From contig CDRNVI010000004.1 in the NCBI GenBank assembly GCA_977017575.1, forward strand, positions 620,001 through 684,000: a stretch of DNA of 64,000 nt, written 5' to 3'. Below, one piece after another: positions 1 through 10,651 of the stretch. The notes under the pieces were generated by a model. That model did not search any database. It was not told the DNA's origin and worked only from the letters and a program-made list of their open reading frames with translations. Made by a program: the position numbers and the translations under genes. The DNA is from Paramoeba atlantica (taxonomy: Eukaryota > Protista > Discosea). Within the stretch, counting starts at the first letter, position 1. Every line of letters begins with the position of its first letter.

Positions 1-70
1 TTCCGGTTTAGCTGAGTTTTGCCGTATTCTGCCATATTCTGCCTATCACCTCACCGGCCGGCCGCCCCCC

Positions 71-335
71 TCTTAGATACGGTTTCTGCACCTTGTTGAC
101 TTTCTTTCCCCAGCAACGGGCATAGTCTTACTGTATTTTTATGCCCGTTACCGGCCAGTACTAAGGCCGAAACTGTCTCTCTCTATTGTTGAAGCAGGGG
201 ACGCGCTTCTACCCCTTTACCCCTTCCCGACTCACTCCCCTGGAGTGAGTGTGCTTACCTCTCTCGGCTTTCTTCGACTTTTTTTCTCTCCGAGAGGGGC
301 ATGTGTCACGGTGGCCTCCCTTGAGGACCACTAGA
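71..335 (+). mobile_element. Degenerate 5' part of the SL-headed short element (homolog of 29081-29370)
   Basis: TCTTAGATACGGTTTCTGCACCTTGTTG (71-98, SL-exon-like) followed by colinear similarity to 29140-29370 (CAACGGG.CATA..CTTACTGT..TATGCCCGTT; CTAAGGCCGAAACTGT; GGGGACGCGCTTC; GGTGGCCTCCCTTGAGGACCACT). Confidence 0.8.
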
Positions 336-919
336 CCGTCTATTTTGTGTACAGCGAAAGTGAAAAGACACGGGCGTCAAAGTCCATTATTAAGTCAAAG
401 TCCATTATGTAAGCGTTTGCTGGACCGGTACGGAGCTTCCGAAATTAAAGCAAGCTGCTTACATTTCTTGAACAATGCAGCGTTTTGCATTCAGCATTGA
501 AAAAAATTTCAGACATGTCGGGGAAACCGATGACAACTCATGTCGAAACTACGCTGCAGCTCTTGTTCGAACATAGCGAAAGTGACGAAGCGTCCTCACG
601 AATGCGAGAAGCACTTCTTTATCACAAGACTCGTCTACAAAACCGGATGATGGATGGATTTTTCCCTCTATGGATTGAGATACTGTTTCTGTAGCGACAA
701 CTTGCTGAGCAAAGTTGGCACACTCATCGAGCTTTATTGTAGTACGGGATCGTATGGTTGGTTGGTAAATCAGGGTGAAAGCGGGTAAATGGATCAATGA
801 CCTGGGTAAAGTACCCGCGTTTACCACCATGTGGGTAATTACCCATTTACCCGTTTGAAAAAATTATCCATTTTATTGTATCTTCACAATACTGATTTCA
901 AATCTTTACCACATTTTCC

Positions 920-1801
920 ATGAGTCAAATATTCACCACTATATCTATTTGCGTGACTGTTTCAGGCCTGACAAGCAAAAGGGTAGGAGTTGCGGATGTA
1001 ACCCACACTCGAACACGTCTGGGTAAAGTGAGAGGAGCCATCCTGTCACAAAATATGCAAATGTTACACGTTATTGAAAACCTAGCGCCAAGTTCCGTAA
1101 TTAATACTAATAATGAAACAGAGGCATGCTTATGGGCTGGTGTCACTTGTAATTCCGACCATCAAGTGCTTGATATCGATTGGTCAGCCCGGGCATTGAA
1201 AGGAAATCTCTCTTGGGAGTATTTACCCCACACTACGTGCACTCTTCGTGTGGGAGATAATGAGCTTTGTGGATATTTCCCAGTTCGTTTCCTTCCTCCC
1301 AAGCTAACATATTTAAACATCCAATACAACCCCCTGTGTGGATCCTTTGATGCCGGCTCACTACCTGATGCGTTTGAAGAACTTTGGTCATCTGCGACGA
1401 AGTTTTCCGGCTTGCTTGATCTTACCTCACTACACGCTCCGTTGAAAGTGATTTCTTTGCCGCATAATGGGTTTTTCGGAAATCTGGATTTGACTTTGTT
1501 GCCAGGCACGCTCAGTAGAATTTTTCTTCACGGAAATCAATTTGTGGGAAGTGTGAACCTGAAGTGTCTTCCAAATAAACTGCAAGTTTTGTATTTGTCT
1601 CAAAATAATCTGGATGGTGAGTTGGAATTGCATTCTCTTCCACCTTTCATGTGTACACTTTCCCTGGGCAACAACGCATTTACGGGAAAACTATCGTTTG
1701 ATTCATTGCCTGCAACAATGGCACATTTAGATTTGAGGGGAAATAAGTGCCAATTGGAAGTGCAGTCTTTGGAAATTCCCAAATTTGTCCATATTAAGTA
1801 G
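920..1801 (+). CDS. Leucine-rich repeat protein (GKV..W..C.W.GV.C N-cap family), 293 aa
   Basis: RLGKVRG motif, CLWAGVTC cap, repeated L..L.L..N.F.G.LDL..LP units. Confidence 0.9.
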   Translation: MSQIFTTISICVTVSGLTSKRVGVADVTHTRTRLGKVRGAILSQNMQMLHVIENLAPSSVINTNNETEACLWAGVTCNSDHQVLDIDWSARALKGNLSWEYLPHTTCTLRVGDNELCGYFPVRFLPPKLTYLNIQYNPLCGSFDAGSLPDAFEELWSSATKFSGLLDLTSLHAPLKVISLPHNGFFGNLDLTLLPGTLSRIFLHGNQFVGSVNLKCLPNKLQVLYLSQNNLDGELELHSLPPFMCTLSLGNNAFTGKLSFDSLPATMAHLDLRGNKCQLEVQSLEIPKFVHIK

Positions 1802-2094
1802 TATACATTGGTTGCGTGAGTGCAGTTCCCTCGTCAAAAAGTTAGCTCCCTTGAAAATAGAATTTCATTTTATCTTGAGTTTTCGCTATAAAAAGATTTA
1901 CAGAACATAAATTTATATTTACAATGAAAACCGTACCACGTAAGAAATTCGCGCGACTAATCTATTAGTGTACTGATGGTACAAACGCTGTGCGTATTGT
2001 CTATTGAATGTACTTTTACATTCACTTCTTCTTCCGTGCTTCAAAGTTACTTGCCTCTGTGTGTCAACGACTTGTCAACAAAGAATAGGAAATC

Positions 2095-2975
2095 TTGATT
2101 ACTACACTTTTCGTTGTCAATCCTTTTTATTCATACAAACCGTTTATTTATACTTGCAAAATCATGATGAACGTCATGCTGCTTTGCAACGTGGTACTCG
2201 CTTCCGATACCCAACCTCCCGCGTCGGGGCGCCGAGGTAAAGTGTCCGCACTATTGACACCTCAAGATCAGCTCATGTCAGCCCTTATCAGCAATCTCAC
2301 GGAACGCCACCTTTCCTGGGTTCTTACCAAACGCGATTTCTTTGGACAACTCCGGGAAGTTTCCCTCTGTGCATGGAAAGGAGTCGCTTGTAATCCGCGG
2401 CAAAATATCATTAGCATCAAGTGGTTTAAAGATCACACCGCGAGTAAATTCCGCGGTACTCTTTGTTGGGACACTTACCCCGGACATTGGTGCAATGCTA
2501 TGTCACAGGATACCACGGTCTCCTGACTGTATTGCTCCCTCTCGGTGATCTGCCTCCCAATTTGCTGGTTTTTAATGTAAAAGAAAATCATCTTAACGGA
2601 GAGGTGGACTTGAGTCATCTCCCCGAGTCCCTTTTCACAATGGACCTATCCCGTAATGGATTTAGTGGTGCATTACATTTTTCAGATCTCCCTCCCTCGA
2701 TTACGAATCTTGACCTAAGCAATAATCAGTTTTCGGGGACTCCGAGCTTGATGGGATTGCCGGTTAATTTGAATCAATTGGGACTCCGTAACAATCTCTT
2801 GAGTGGGATTATCGACTTAACCCCTGTTATAGGCGAGAATTGGAATGGAGCCTCGCCGCCTCGAGTACTGCTATCGGGAAATTCGTTTGAAGAATACTTG
2901 ATGCCGCACTCGCTTCTCGAAATTCCACCAAATATTATCCAGCATGAACCTGCAATGCCCCAATTCTTTTTCTGA
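2095..2975 (+). pseudogene. LRR family gene with a frameshift near 2465
   Basis: ORF 2095-2526 has RRGKV and CAWKGVAC; the LRR units continue in another frame (2463-2975) from HLPRTL. Confidence 0.8.
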
Positions 2976-3077
2976 GCTGCTGAGTCACAGGAAGTAGAAA
3001 GGGGAGGTGACAGTACTTTTCTACATGATTTCGTATAAAAATTTTGAGATATGTACGGAGTTTTTTGTTTTGTCAGT

Positions 3078-3236
3078 CACCCGGTCAGACCCCCCCCCGT
3101 TTAAGCGCACATAGAGTTGAGGTGCAGACTTCGTCGCCGCGAAGCGGCGCCAAATATTTTTTATGTACTGATTCAGACACCCCCGTTTAAGTGCACTTTT
3201 CACGGAAAACGAGGTGCGCTTAAACGGGGGGGACAG
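3078..3236. mobile_element. MITE, left-truncated copy of the element at 61638-61818
   Basis: Repeated CCCCGTTTAAG(C/T)GCAC motifs, right end GCTTAAACGGGGGGACAG|TA, long near-identity to 61660-61818. Confidence 0.8.
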
Positions 3237-3243
3237 TAATTTA

Positions 3244-3569
3244 CTGCACCCCCCTCGTTTATAATAGCCTCGCTTTTGCCCAAATGAACCTATAAAGGGG
3301 GGAGGGCGATTGAAGATTCAGAGTTAGCACAGAAATTGCTATACATTCGGGAGCGAGGAACCAGGAATTATTCAATCGCTAAGTGGGCCTCGGCGCTCTT
3401 CCAAAGTAAAATGTCCAGCACGAACACGCGCCATACCTCGAAACACATGAAAATATCAAAATATTTAAGACGGTGCAAGAAAATTAAAAAAAATCTTCCC
3501 CAGTTTGCCAAAAAAAGAACCTCAAAAGGGGGGGAGGGGTCGAGGCTATTATAAACAGGAGGGGTACAG
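3244..3569. mobile_element. TA-flanked MITE with ~30-bp TIRs
   Basis: TA|CTGCACCCCCCCTCGTTTATAATAGCCTCG ... CGAGGCTATTATAAACAGGAGGGGTACAG|TA. Confidence 0.85.
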
Positions 3570-4552
3570 TAATTGAGTTCATAATTTCTTTTTTAGGCTC
3601 TTTGTTAAATGCGGTGGTTGTTTTCAACTTAGAAGTCACTCATGCCGCGCGCTTCGCGTTGGAAACTACCACCGCGTTTAACGAAGAGCTTAAAAAAGAA
3701 AATTTGGCCTGGAAACCGGAAGAAAATGGAAGGATTTGAGCAAATGTGGTGTTTTTTGGGTATTTTTGCAGAACACTAAAACCGACATTTGCGTGTGGGA
3801 AATCACTCGTTGGCATGAATCAAAGCCTACCGAACGTATTGGGTAGAGAATGCGACTCCAACCACACCAGTTTTTCGTCACAAACAGGACCTTGGGGTCC
3901 GAAAAATACTTTTTGGCAGTTTTTAGTCAAACGTGTATAAATGTAGTGTGTATAAATGTAATGTTTACATGTAAGACTGGCGCACAAAATATAGTTTTCG
4001 GCCCTTGAGAGTGCAGGCAGAACGAAGAATTGTCGAGCAATACACGGGCACACATGTCCGACGCGTTGTGCAACGACTCAATGTGTCCTAAAGGAGAGCA
4101 GGGTCATATTCATTAAGTTGAAGAGCATCAGAAGGGCCTACTATCACGCTAGATTTTGGCCAACAGCGCACAGCCGACTCCGTCTCTACCAAATCTTGGC
4201 GACGTCTTGCGCGTCAATTACTGTGTGTGAAAGACAACGCGCTGAAAAAACATTCGCATGGTGCCCCGGAGGCGCACGAAACAGCAAGTATTCAGGCGGA
4301 AAAGGAAAGAAGCGCGAACCGGTCGCTTACGACAAAGTCTTCCCAAAACGTAGCGAAAACGCTTTTTCACTACAGTGCGAATCGCATCGCGCTCTTCCTA
4401 TAACCAGTTTCCGCTAACCCATTCGTTAACTTCATCCCTAATGTAATGGTGGAGAATATTATTCCTTTCAGAGCATAGGGAAGTTACGAAGTGAACGCAT
4501 ACGTCGCGGAGACGTTTTTTGACCACAGTAGTCACCGAATTCCACTTTTAAA

Positions 4553-5534
4553 ATTCAAGAAGTAGAGACGTACCCAACGTCATTAAGGGGTAAAAATGTC
4601 ATTTAGGGGTAAAGTTCCCCGTTTTTCAGCTATAATTTCTTTACGATTTGCTGGGCTTTCTTATACATTTGTGTCACACAAAGTCTACTTTGTTGAACGC
4701 AGCTCTCTCTCTCTCTCTTTTACCCTGTCTTTCTACTTGTAATGTTTTCACGTGCACTTCCAAACCTCACCAAGAACATCGCAAAGCTTCGTCGCAAAGT
4801 TATCAAGAAGCCGTGGGCTGGAAACTCAGCACCGACAAGTGCAAAAGGTATGTTCTTGTCAAAGTTTCTCAAAGGTAAAAAGGGAGCCCCAGATCTCGCT
4901 GGAGCACACGCCGCTTTTAAAAAGTTACGTCCTGCTCAAGTCCAGTCCTTGAATAAGATTGCTGCCCAGAATATGAAACAGAAAACAGCGCTCAGAGCAC
5001 AAGTGAAAAGCGCACGCTACCTTCCTTATGGTTTGTTCTTAAAGCGTACCATGCCAGCAATATACCAGGCAGAGAAGGGAACCCACAAGAATCATAAGGC
5101 ATGTTTTCTCGCGGCGGTAAAGAAGGTGTCTGCCAAGTATAAGAAGCTGTCAGCCGCTCAACGCAAAGCACTTTCAGATGAAGCAGCACGACTCCGCAAG
5201 AAGGGCAAAGCATTCATTGAAACGCTGGTAGAGAAGAAAAAGTAAACGTGTCGATTCATTCAAAGGTAAAATGTTCTTAAATGTAGTTGATAAAATAGAA
5301 ATATTATATAACAAATACTAGATTACCTGTCTTTGTAGCTATTTTATGTTTTTTTTAGTAAAGGCTTTCGCGCTGCAAATACACATATTTGCACCTCCAC
5401 GTGTAGGATCATTATCATTTACTAATAGGTTTTTTTCGCACAAAAAAAATGAGTTTACGTGCACAAGACTTAGTCTGTTAAAAATTATGCTTTTGCGGGT
5501 TAGAGAAAATGGATAGATCAAGTACATCTGTAAA
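4553..5534 (+). repeat. ~980-bp duplicated block (partner 27328-28291) containing the KAP-like gene
   Basis: Near-identical sequence from ATTCAAGAAGTAGAGACG through the CDS to TAC(A/G)TCTGTAAA. Confidence 0.95.
4742..5245 (+). CDS. Basic tandem HMG-box-like protein, kinetoplast-associated protein (KAP)-like, probable mitochondrial presequence
   Basis: 167 aa, K/A-rich, MFSR.. start, two degenerate HMG-like boxes (APTSA..MFL...FKKL.PAQ...L.K.A and PY.LFLK...YKKLSAAQRKAL..EA); upstream polypyrimidine tract. Confidence 0.7.
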   Translation: MFSRALPNLTKNIAKLRRKVIKKPWAGNSAPTSAKGMFLSKFLKGKKGAPDLAGAHAAFKKLRPAQVQSLNKIAAQNMKQKTALRAQVKSARYLPYGLFLKRTMPAIYQAEKGTHKNHKACFLAAVKKVSAKYKKLSAAQRKALSDEAARLRKKGKAFIETLVEKKK

Positions 5535-5544
5535 AGTGGTTAAA

Positions 5545-6120
5545 CCCCCCGCACACTTATTATTCCGTTTGTTTTTATTATTCTGGAAACACTTATTATT
5601 TCGGGAGCGCACTTAAACTCCTAGACACCAATAAGGCACTCCCCTCTTAATTTTTGAACAGAACGTCCGTTTGAGCTGATTTTTGTTGCATTTTGCAGGT
5701 CTCAACGCAAAGACTTTGCGTGCTAAGAAACGAAACCAAAAATCCCTAATCTAATGTTCTCGTATAAAATCCCTCGATACGAATAAGGCTAATCTATATA
5801 TTTTAGAGACGGACTACATTTTTTTCACTTTTTTTACATTGTTCGTGACAAGCCGTGAGACAAGCATTGAAGCTCAAAATAGAATCATCAATAGAATTTT
5901 GAGTCAATTCACGCCAAGATTTACGTACACTTTTTATAAGCTCTACATTATTCGAAGGATTATGTTCATCGAAAAGATTGTGGACCATGCTCTATCTTTT
6001 CTATTGGAGAAAGAGCGCGGGAGTTGGATGACCAATTTTTCAATAATTGCATCTTGATTTCCTGAAGACGAAACACATGTAATTGAGTTTGATGGCAGAA
6101 TAACAAGTTCTCTATAACCA
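5545..6120 (-). mobile_element. Tc1/mariner remnant (transposase C-terminus), same family as 39354-40275
   Basis: ELIKSVRKSWREL...ILSFNACLTAC; DNA similarity to 39355-39900; end motif AAACCCCCCGCAC. Confidence 0.75.
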
Positions 6121-6973
6121 ACTCTCATATACTGTGACCCCCCCTTTAGTATGCACACGTTTTTGAAGTTTGTGCATATTAGGGGGGGCGTAAGAGGGGA
6201 GAATCCGCCCCTCCCCCCGAAGAAAAAAAATGCGCCGCTTCGCGACGCTTTTATTTCCAGTGCGTTTTTCGAACTTACGTGGAGGTAAGGCGCATAGTGT
6301 ATGGGGGGGGGGGGGGAAGTTTGATCACGAAAGCAATATCTGACTAAATGTTTACATCGCACAGCGTGTTGGGCAAGTTCTTCGAAATATTCTTTGTTTC
6401 CATGTTAAAGGGGGTGCTACATTTCAGCAGAGATGATGGCCGGGGCTGGGGGGCTGTTCGTGTGTGCCAGCATTGAAAATGTTAAGAACGTGTACATGAG
6501 GGGCTGCGGGTGGGGATTCGGTGCGGTTTCTGTGCGGTGTACCTACTTATCTCAGTGCAAGAACAGGAATGCGGAGTGTGGAATGGGTGGGGGTGGGGGG
6601 CCGGGACGTAGAAGGCGAAGGCGAGGCTTCATGAATCCGGGCATTGCTGGAGAGGAAATCTGAATGAAAATTACGGTTAGTCACAAATCTGTACGGTTAA
6701 TAACAAATCTACTAAAAGGAACATACGAGTGATTTTACCAAAAGGGATAACCCTGATACACTTATTTACAACTACAAAATTATCACGAGCCTTGAATAAA
6801 TAATATTATTTAGCACACTACTTGATTTTTTGGGCTCATAGGCAACGCCATCTATGTTTTCCTTAAGCCACTCTCTGCGGCTTTCGATACCCTCAACTAC
6901 ACCGCACCCTTTACTACATAAACACTCACCATCACTTGTCGATTTCAAACTTAAATTTATAATGGAATCGAAA

Positions 6974-7841
6974 TCATACTGCGGCTGAGTAGCCAGCAGT
7001 CCGTATGGACGTAACTACAGAAATAATTTCAAAAGCGTATCTGACCCATGGCATATCATGATCAGTACCATGAAGAAAACGAAACTTATCGAAATGTGCA
7101 AAACGTCGCTCAATTCGAGAGCGAATCAGCGAAATCCTTTCATTCACACGTTTTTCATCATCGGTGAGACCACGGCCACTTTTCTTATGGGGTACAAGGC
7201 AGTGCGCACAACTTATGTACCCTAGATCGGTCAAGAACATTTCATCTTTGTGGTGAGCGAACAGCGGAGTACGGTGCACACTAGTACTCTAATAAATTTT
7301 GGCATCATACATGCTGCCAACAACTGGTCCGCGAAAGAAAAATGGAACTCCGGTCAGAGTTAGCCAAAACTTCCACCTTGAAGCAGTGCTGCCGGTGCTT
7401 TCCCGAATAGGTGCTGTCTCGGGTGGTGTCATCAGGTGTTTCTCTCGGTTTTCGTGCACGACACGGAATCGTCGTGACGTCCAGCATGCAGATTACGTCA
7501 GATAACCATGATACTCCCTGGGTAAACTGGAGCTCGGGGTTCATGAGCAGGGGTGAACGGTACAGCTGCGCCACACGAGTAAAATCATCCCGGAGAGTCC
7601 GAACTGAAATCAACGGGGCATCCGGTGGGAGCCACGCCCTTTGAACATCGTACAATTGTTCCCATGTGCAATTCAGAGAACAGATGCCCAATGATGATTG
7701 AACATGACGGTAATCAGTCTCCGTAACATCGGATCCATGCACACGTCGGAGCTCGCTGTAGAACTCCCCCACCTGTGCTGCCGAGATGCCAAACATAGAG
7801 AGAGAATGAAACGATTGAAAGAATTTTCGATTTAGAAGCAA
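6974..7841 (-). pseudogene. PIF/Harbinger/ISL2EU-like (DDE_Tnp_4-type) transposase with one frameshift and one in-frame TAG
   Basis: LDVTTIP, YSGKHRQHCFKVEV, GSMYDAKIY*, TDLGY, PHKK, NERISLIRSRIERRF. Confidence 0.8.
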
Positions 7842-7862
7842 AATAAGTAGGGTTGTATTATA

Positions 7863-8960
7863 TACCCCTTAAAGGATAGAAGTCCCCCCCCTTAATTTTC
7901 GTACAGGTGGAGTTGAGAGCTTATCTTTTTTTTTAAAATGTGCAGAATAAAAAAGTAGAGCGTTTCCCGCCATTTTTAGCTCAGTTTAGTTAAATAAAAC
8001 GAAACGGCGGGCTGAGGTCAAAAAAAATATTATATGGATTTTTAACATTTTTTTTCGCAAAAATATGAAAGTGTTTTGGTGAAAGAAAATCTAAAGTGCG
8101 TCGAATCCGCCAGTTTAATAGCCTATGTGATCTCCTTTCTTCTCTATTACCTTCTTCTCTATTATTATAGATGCATACGCTTTAAATAATTCTTACACAT
8201 ATTTTCTACAGTATCATCCTTATTATCCTTCACTCATTGCAAAACATCCCTCAAAACTCGGCTCAACTCGCCTCGATTTTGAGCTTTGGTTACATTTTTT
8301 TTGATAATACTCCATCATTCCCCATATATTTTCAATAGGATTTAAATCAGGGGATTTGGGGGGCCATTTTAAGCTTCCAGCTTTCGTGTTTCTTTTTAAA
8401 ATATTGTGAGTAGACGCCCCATCATATTGAAGTATTGCATTTCAGTGATTTCTAAAATATTCAATAACACCTGTGTCATTCAGAGCCTCCCTAAGACTTG
8501 CTCCCTTTACAGAGGATGTAGCTTCAAAAATATGAAACCACCAACCATGTATTACACTATATCCCATTCATGCCATCACCCCGGCACCCCCGTGCCACCT
8601 ATTATGTTGTCTTGACATTTTCATTATTGGCTCATTAATTGACCCAATGTAGTAAAGTCGGAGTCCCCTTTGAGTACAATTAAAAAAAATTCATCAGTCC
8701 AGATGATATTTTTTATATAGGTTTGGCCGAACAATAACATTCCTCGAAAACAACACGTGCTTCACGTTGTCGCTCAGTTAGTCCCATATCCTTTGCCTTA
8801 TGTAATCGAGTTATCTTGGACTCATTGAGGGTCTTCACAACACTGGTCAAGCTCCCCCCTACGGTGGCCGCAACCTCACGGTGCACTGCACTATAGGATG
8901 CGCACGGGATCCTTGTCTTTTAGTTTTGATACCGCCTCCTTACATGCTTGATGTCTTACT
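7863..8960 (-). mobile_element. Degenerate Tc1-like DD34E element
   Basis: Minus-strand translation gives IIWTDE, ILQYDGASTH, WPPKSPDLNPIENIWG with stops and indels; TIR-like end ACCCCTTAAAGGATAGAAGTCCCCCCC at ~7864. Confidence 0.8.
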
Positions 8961-9470
8961 GTAATCAAATCTTTTTTGCGGGTTTTACGGGGAGGTGTAT
9001 CCAGAATCTGTATTTTCGTAAATTTTCACATATTTTCGCACAGTTTTTTTGTCGAATTTTGGATTTTTCGCCACTTTGCTGATGGAAAGTAACTTAGAGG
9101 GCTGAAACCAGTAAAATGCAAACCCAGGCAAACCCAGTCAGGTCCCAAGAGAAACCAATGGAAATGGTACTTGGCGTTTTTTCGGCTATGGAGTTCGCTG
9201 GAGGATCCGGGTGGGGGTTCCAGGGGGTGGAAGTCGGGTCCAGGTGGGGGGCGCAGGGGGTGCAGCAGGTGTGTAGGGAGCGAGTACGGAGACTAGTTCG
9301 TGGTCCATGTAGGGGTTCGGCAATAGAGTAATAGTGTTCTACATAGGTTTAAAGTATAGATATGGTCAAATCATACGAAATTATCATTGCTTTCAGTGTC
9401 AACTACTAATATTACTCTGTCCATACATACATGGACCATTCATACATGTACGACTACTACATGTGACTGT

Positions 9471-9960
9471 TTATTCACCTTGCTTAAATTCCGAAAGAGC
9501 TTGACGATTAAGTCGTTTGCTTTGTTTCCTTCGTTCCTGCTGATCAATTCTTTTCTGCTTTCTTATTTCAGAATCCCTGTCCTTTATCTCGCTCTTCGTC
9601 AACCTCAGATACGTAGTTTTTCCTTTTACCCCATGTGCAGGACATTTACCAGGGCGCACTCCGGACATGTGAACCAGTAGTTTAGTATGATCGCGATACT
9701 TTTTGATATACGCTTGATCTTCTTTATCATCCTTATGAAACTTACAGGAGCAGAAACTTCGTGTCTTCCACTCAGCGACTCGCGAATCAGTTTCTTTTAA
9801 GTGCTCCACGGAATCGGAGTAAAGATTTGGCTTTTCGACTTCCCAGTGAACGCACTCAGCGTTCCATAGCAAGCCAAAGAATGAACGTAGAATGTGCTTC
9901 TTATGGCGGCTGTTATAGAAAAGTTGATGCTGCTTTAAGCGAGCAATGAAGCATTAGACT
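9471..9960 (-). pseudogene. C-terminal half of a Harbinger-like transposase split by the hAT insertion
   Basis: Joined to 18299 with one TSD copy removed it reads YDMEFRRIRNRV*CFIARLKQHQLF and runs in frame into the 9872-9471 ORF. Confidence 0.65.
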
Positions 9961-10461
9961 CATAGTCTAACTAGTATACTAGTATATACTATGAGATACT
10001 ACTTTTTTGTAGACTGGGTATTTACTAATCGTAATCAACGGACGCATGGAAAACCTCAAGCAATTCAACGTTCAAGACAAAGGAAACAGAAGAATATGCT
10101 GAATGCTTCATTCTCCAACAGTTACTTAACAAATCAACCAATAAACTTCCTTAAAAATCAGGAATTGATTTGGTTTACCACAGCGCAGATGCGCGCAGAG
10201 AGATGAAAGGATGCTTATCCTGAGCGAAAGTTGAGTCGAGTGCGTGAAAATGTGAGAAAGGGGTGAAAGGAGCTCAGATCTCGCATTCCGCGCATAAACG
10301 CTTCCTCACATATTTTTCATTGGTATATGATGTAAGAAAAGAAACAGATCAAAAGCGTGTAGCACGAATATACGAATAAAATTAATATATTGTAGTGTAA
10401 TAAAAAATACTAAACGTGGCTATTTTCATCAATGCATAAATATTTATTTATATGTTATTCT

Positions 10462-10499
10462 GAATTAACGATAAAGATTACAGTTTCTGTACCTTGTTG
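10462..10499 (+). ncRNA. Spliced-leader exon-like sequence (relic, not a complete SL RNA gene)
   Basis: AATTAACGATAAAGATTACAGTTTCTGTACCTTGTTG matches the euglenozoan SL core ACAGTTTCTGTAC...TTG; no recognisable SL intron or Sm site follows. Confidence 0.8.
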
Positions 10500-10651
10500 A
10501 TTACATTCCTTGTTGTTTTATTTCTAGTCTCTCACTCCCACATGCCCGCCTGGGAATTCCCCAAGAGAACATGCCGTGATTGTGATCGCCGATTCAAGCG
10601 AATAATGCGTACAAAATCTGTCCGAAATGTTTTCTCGGCGCTAAGGAGCCA

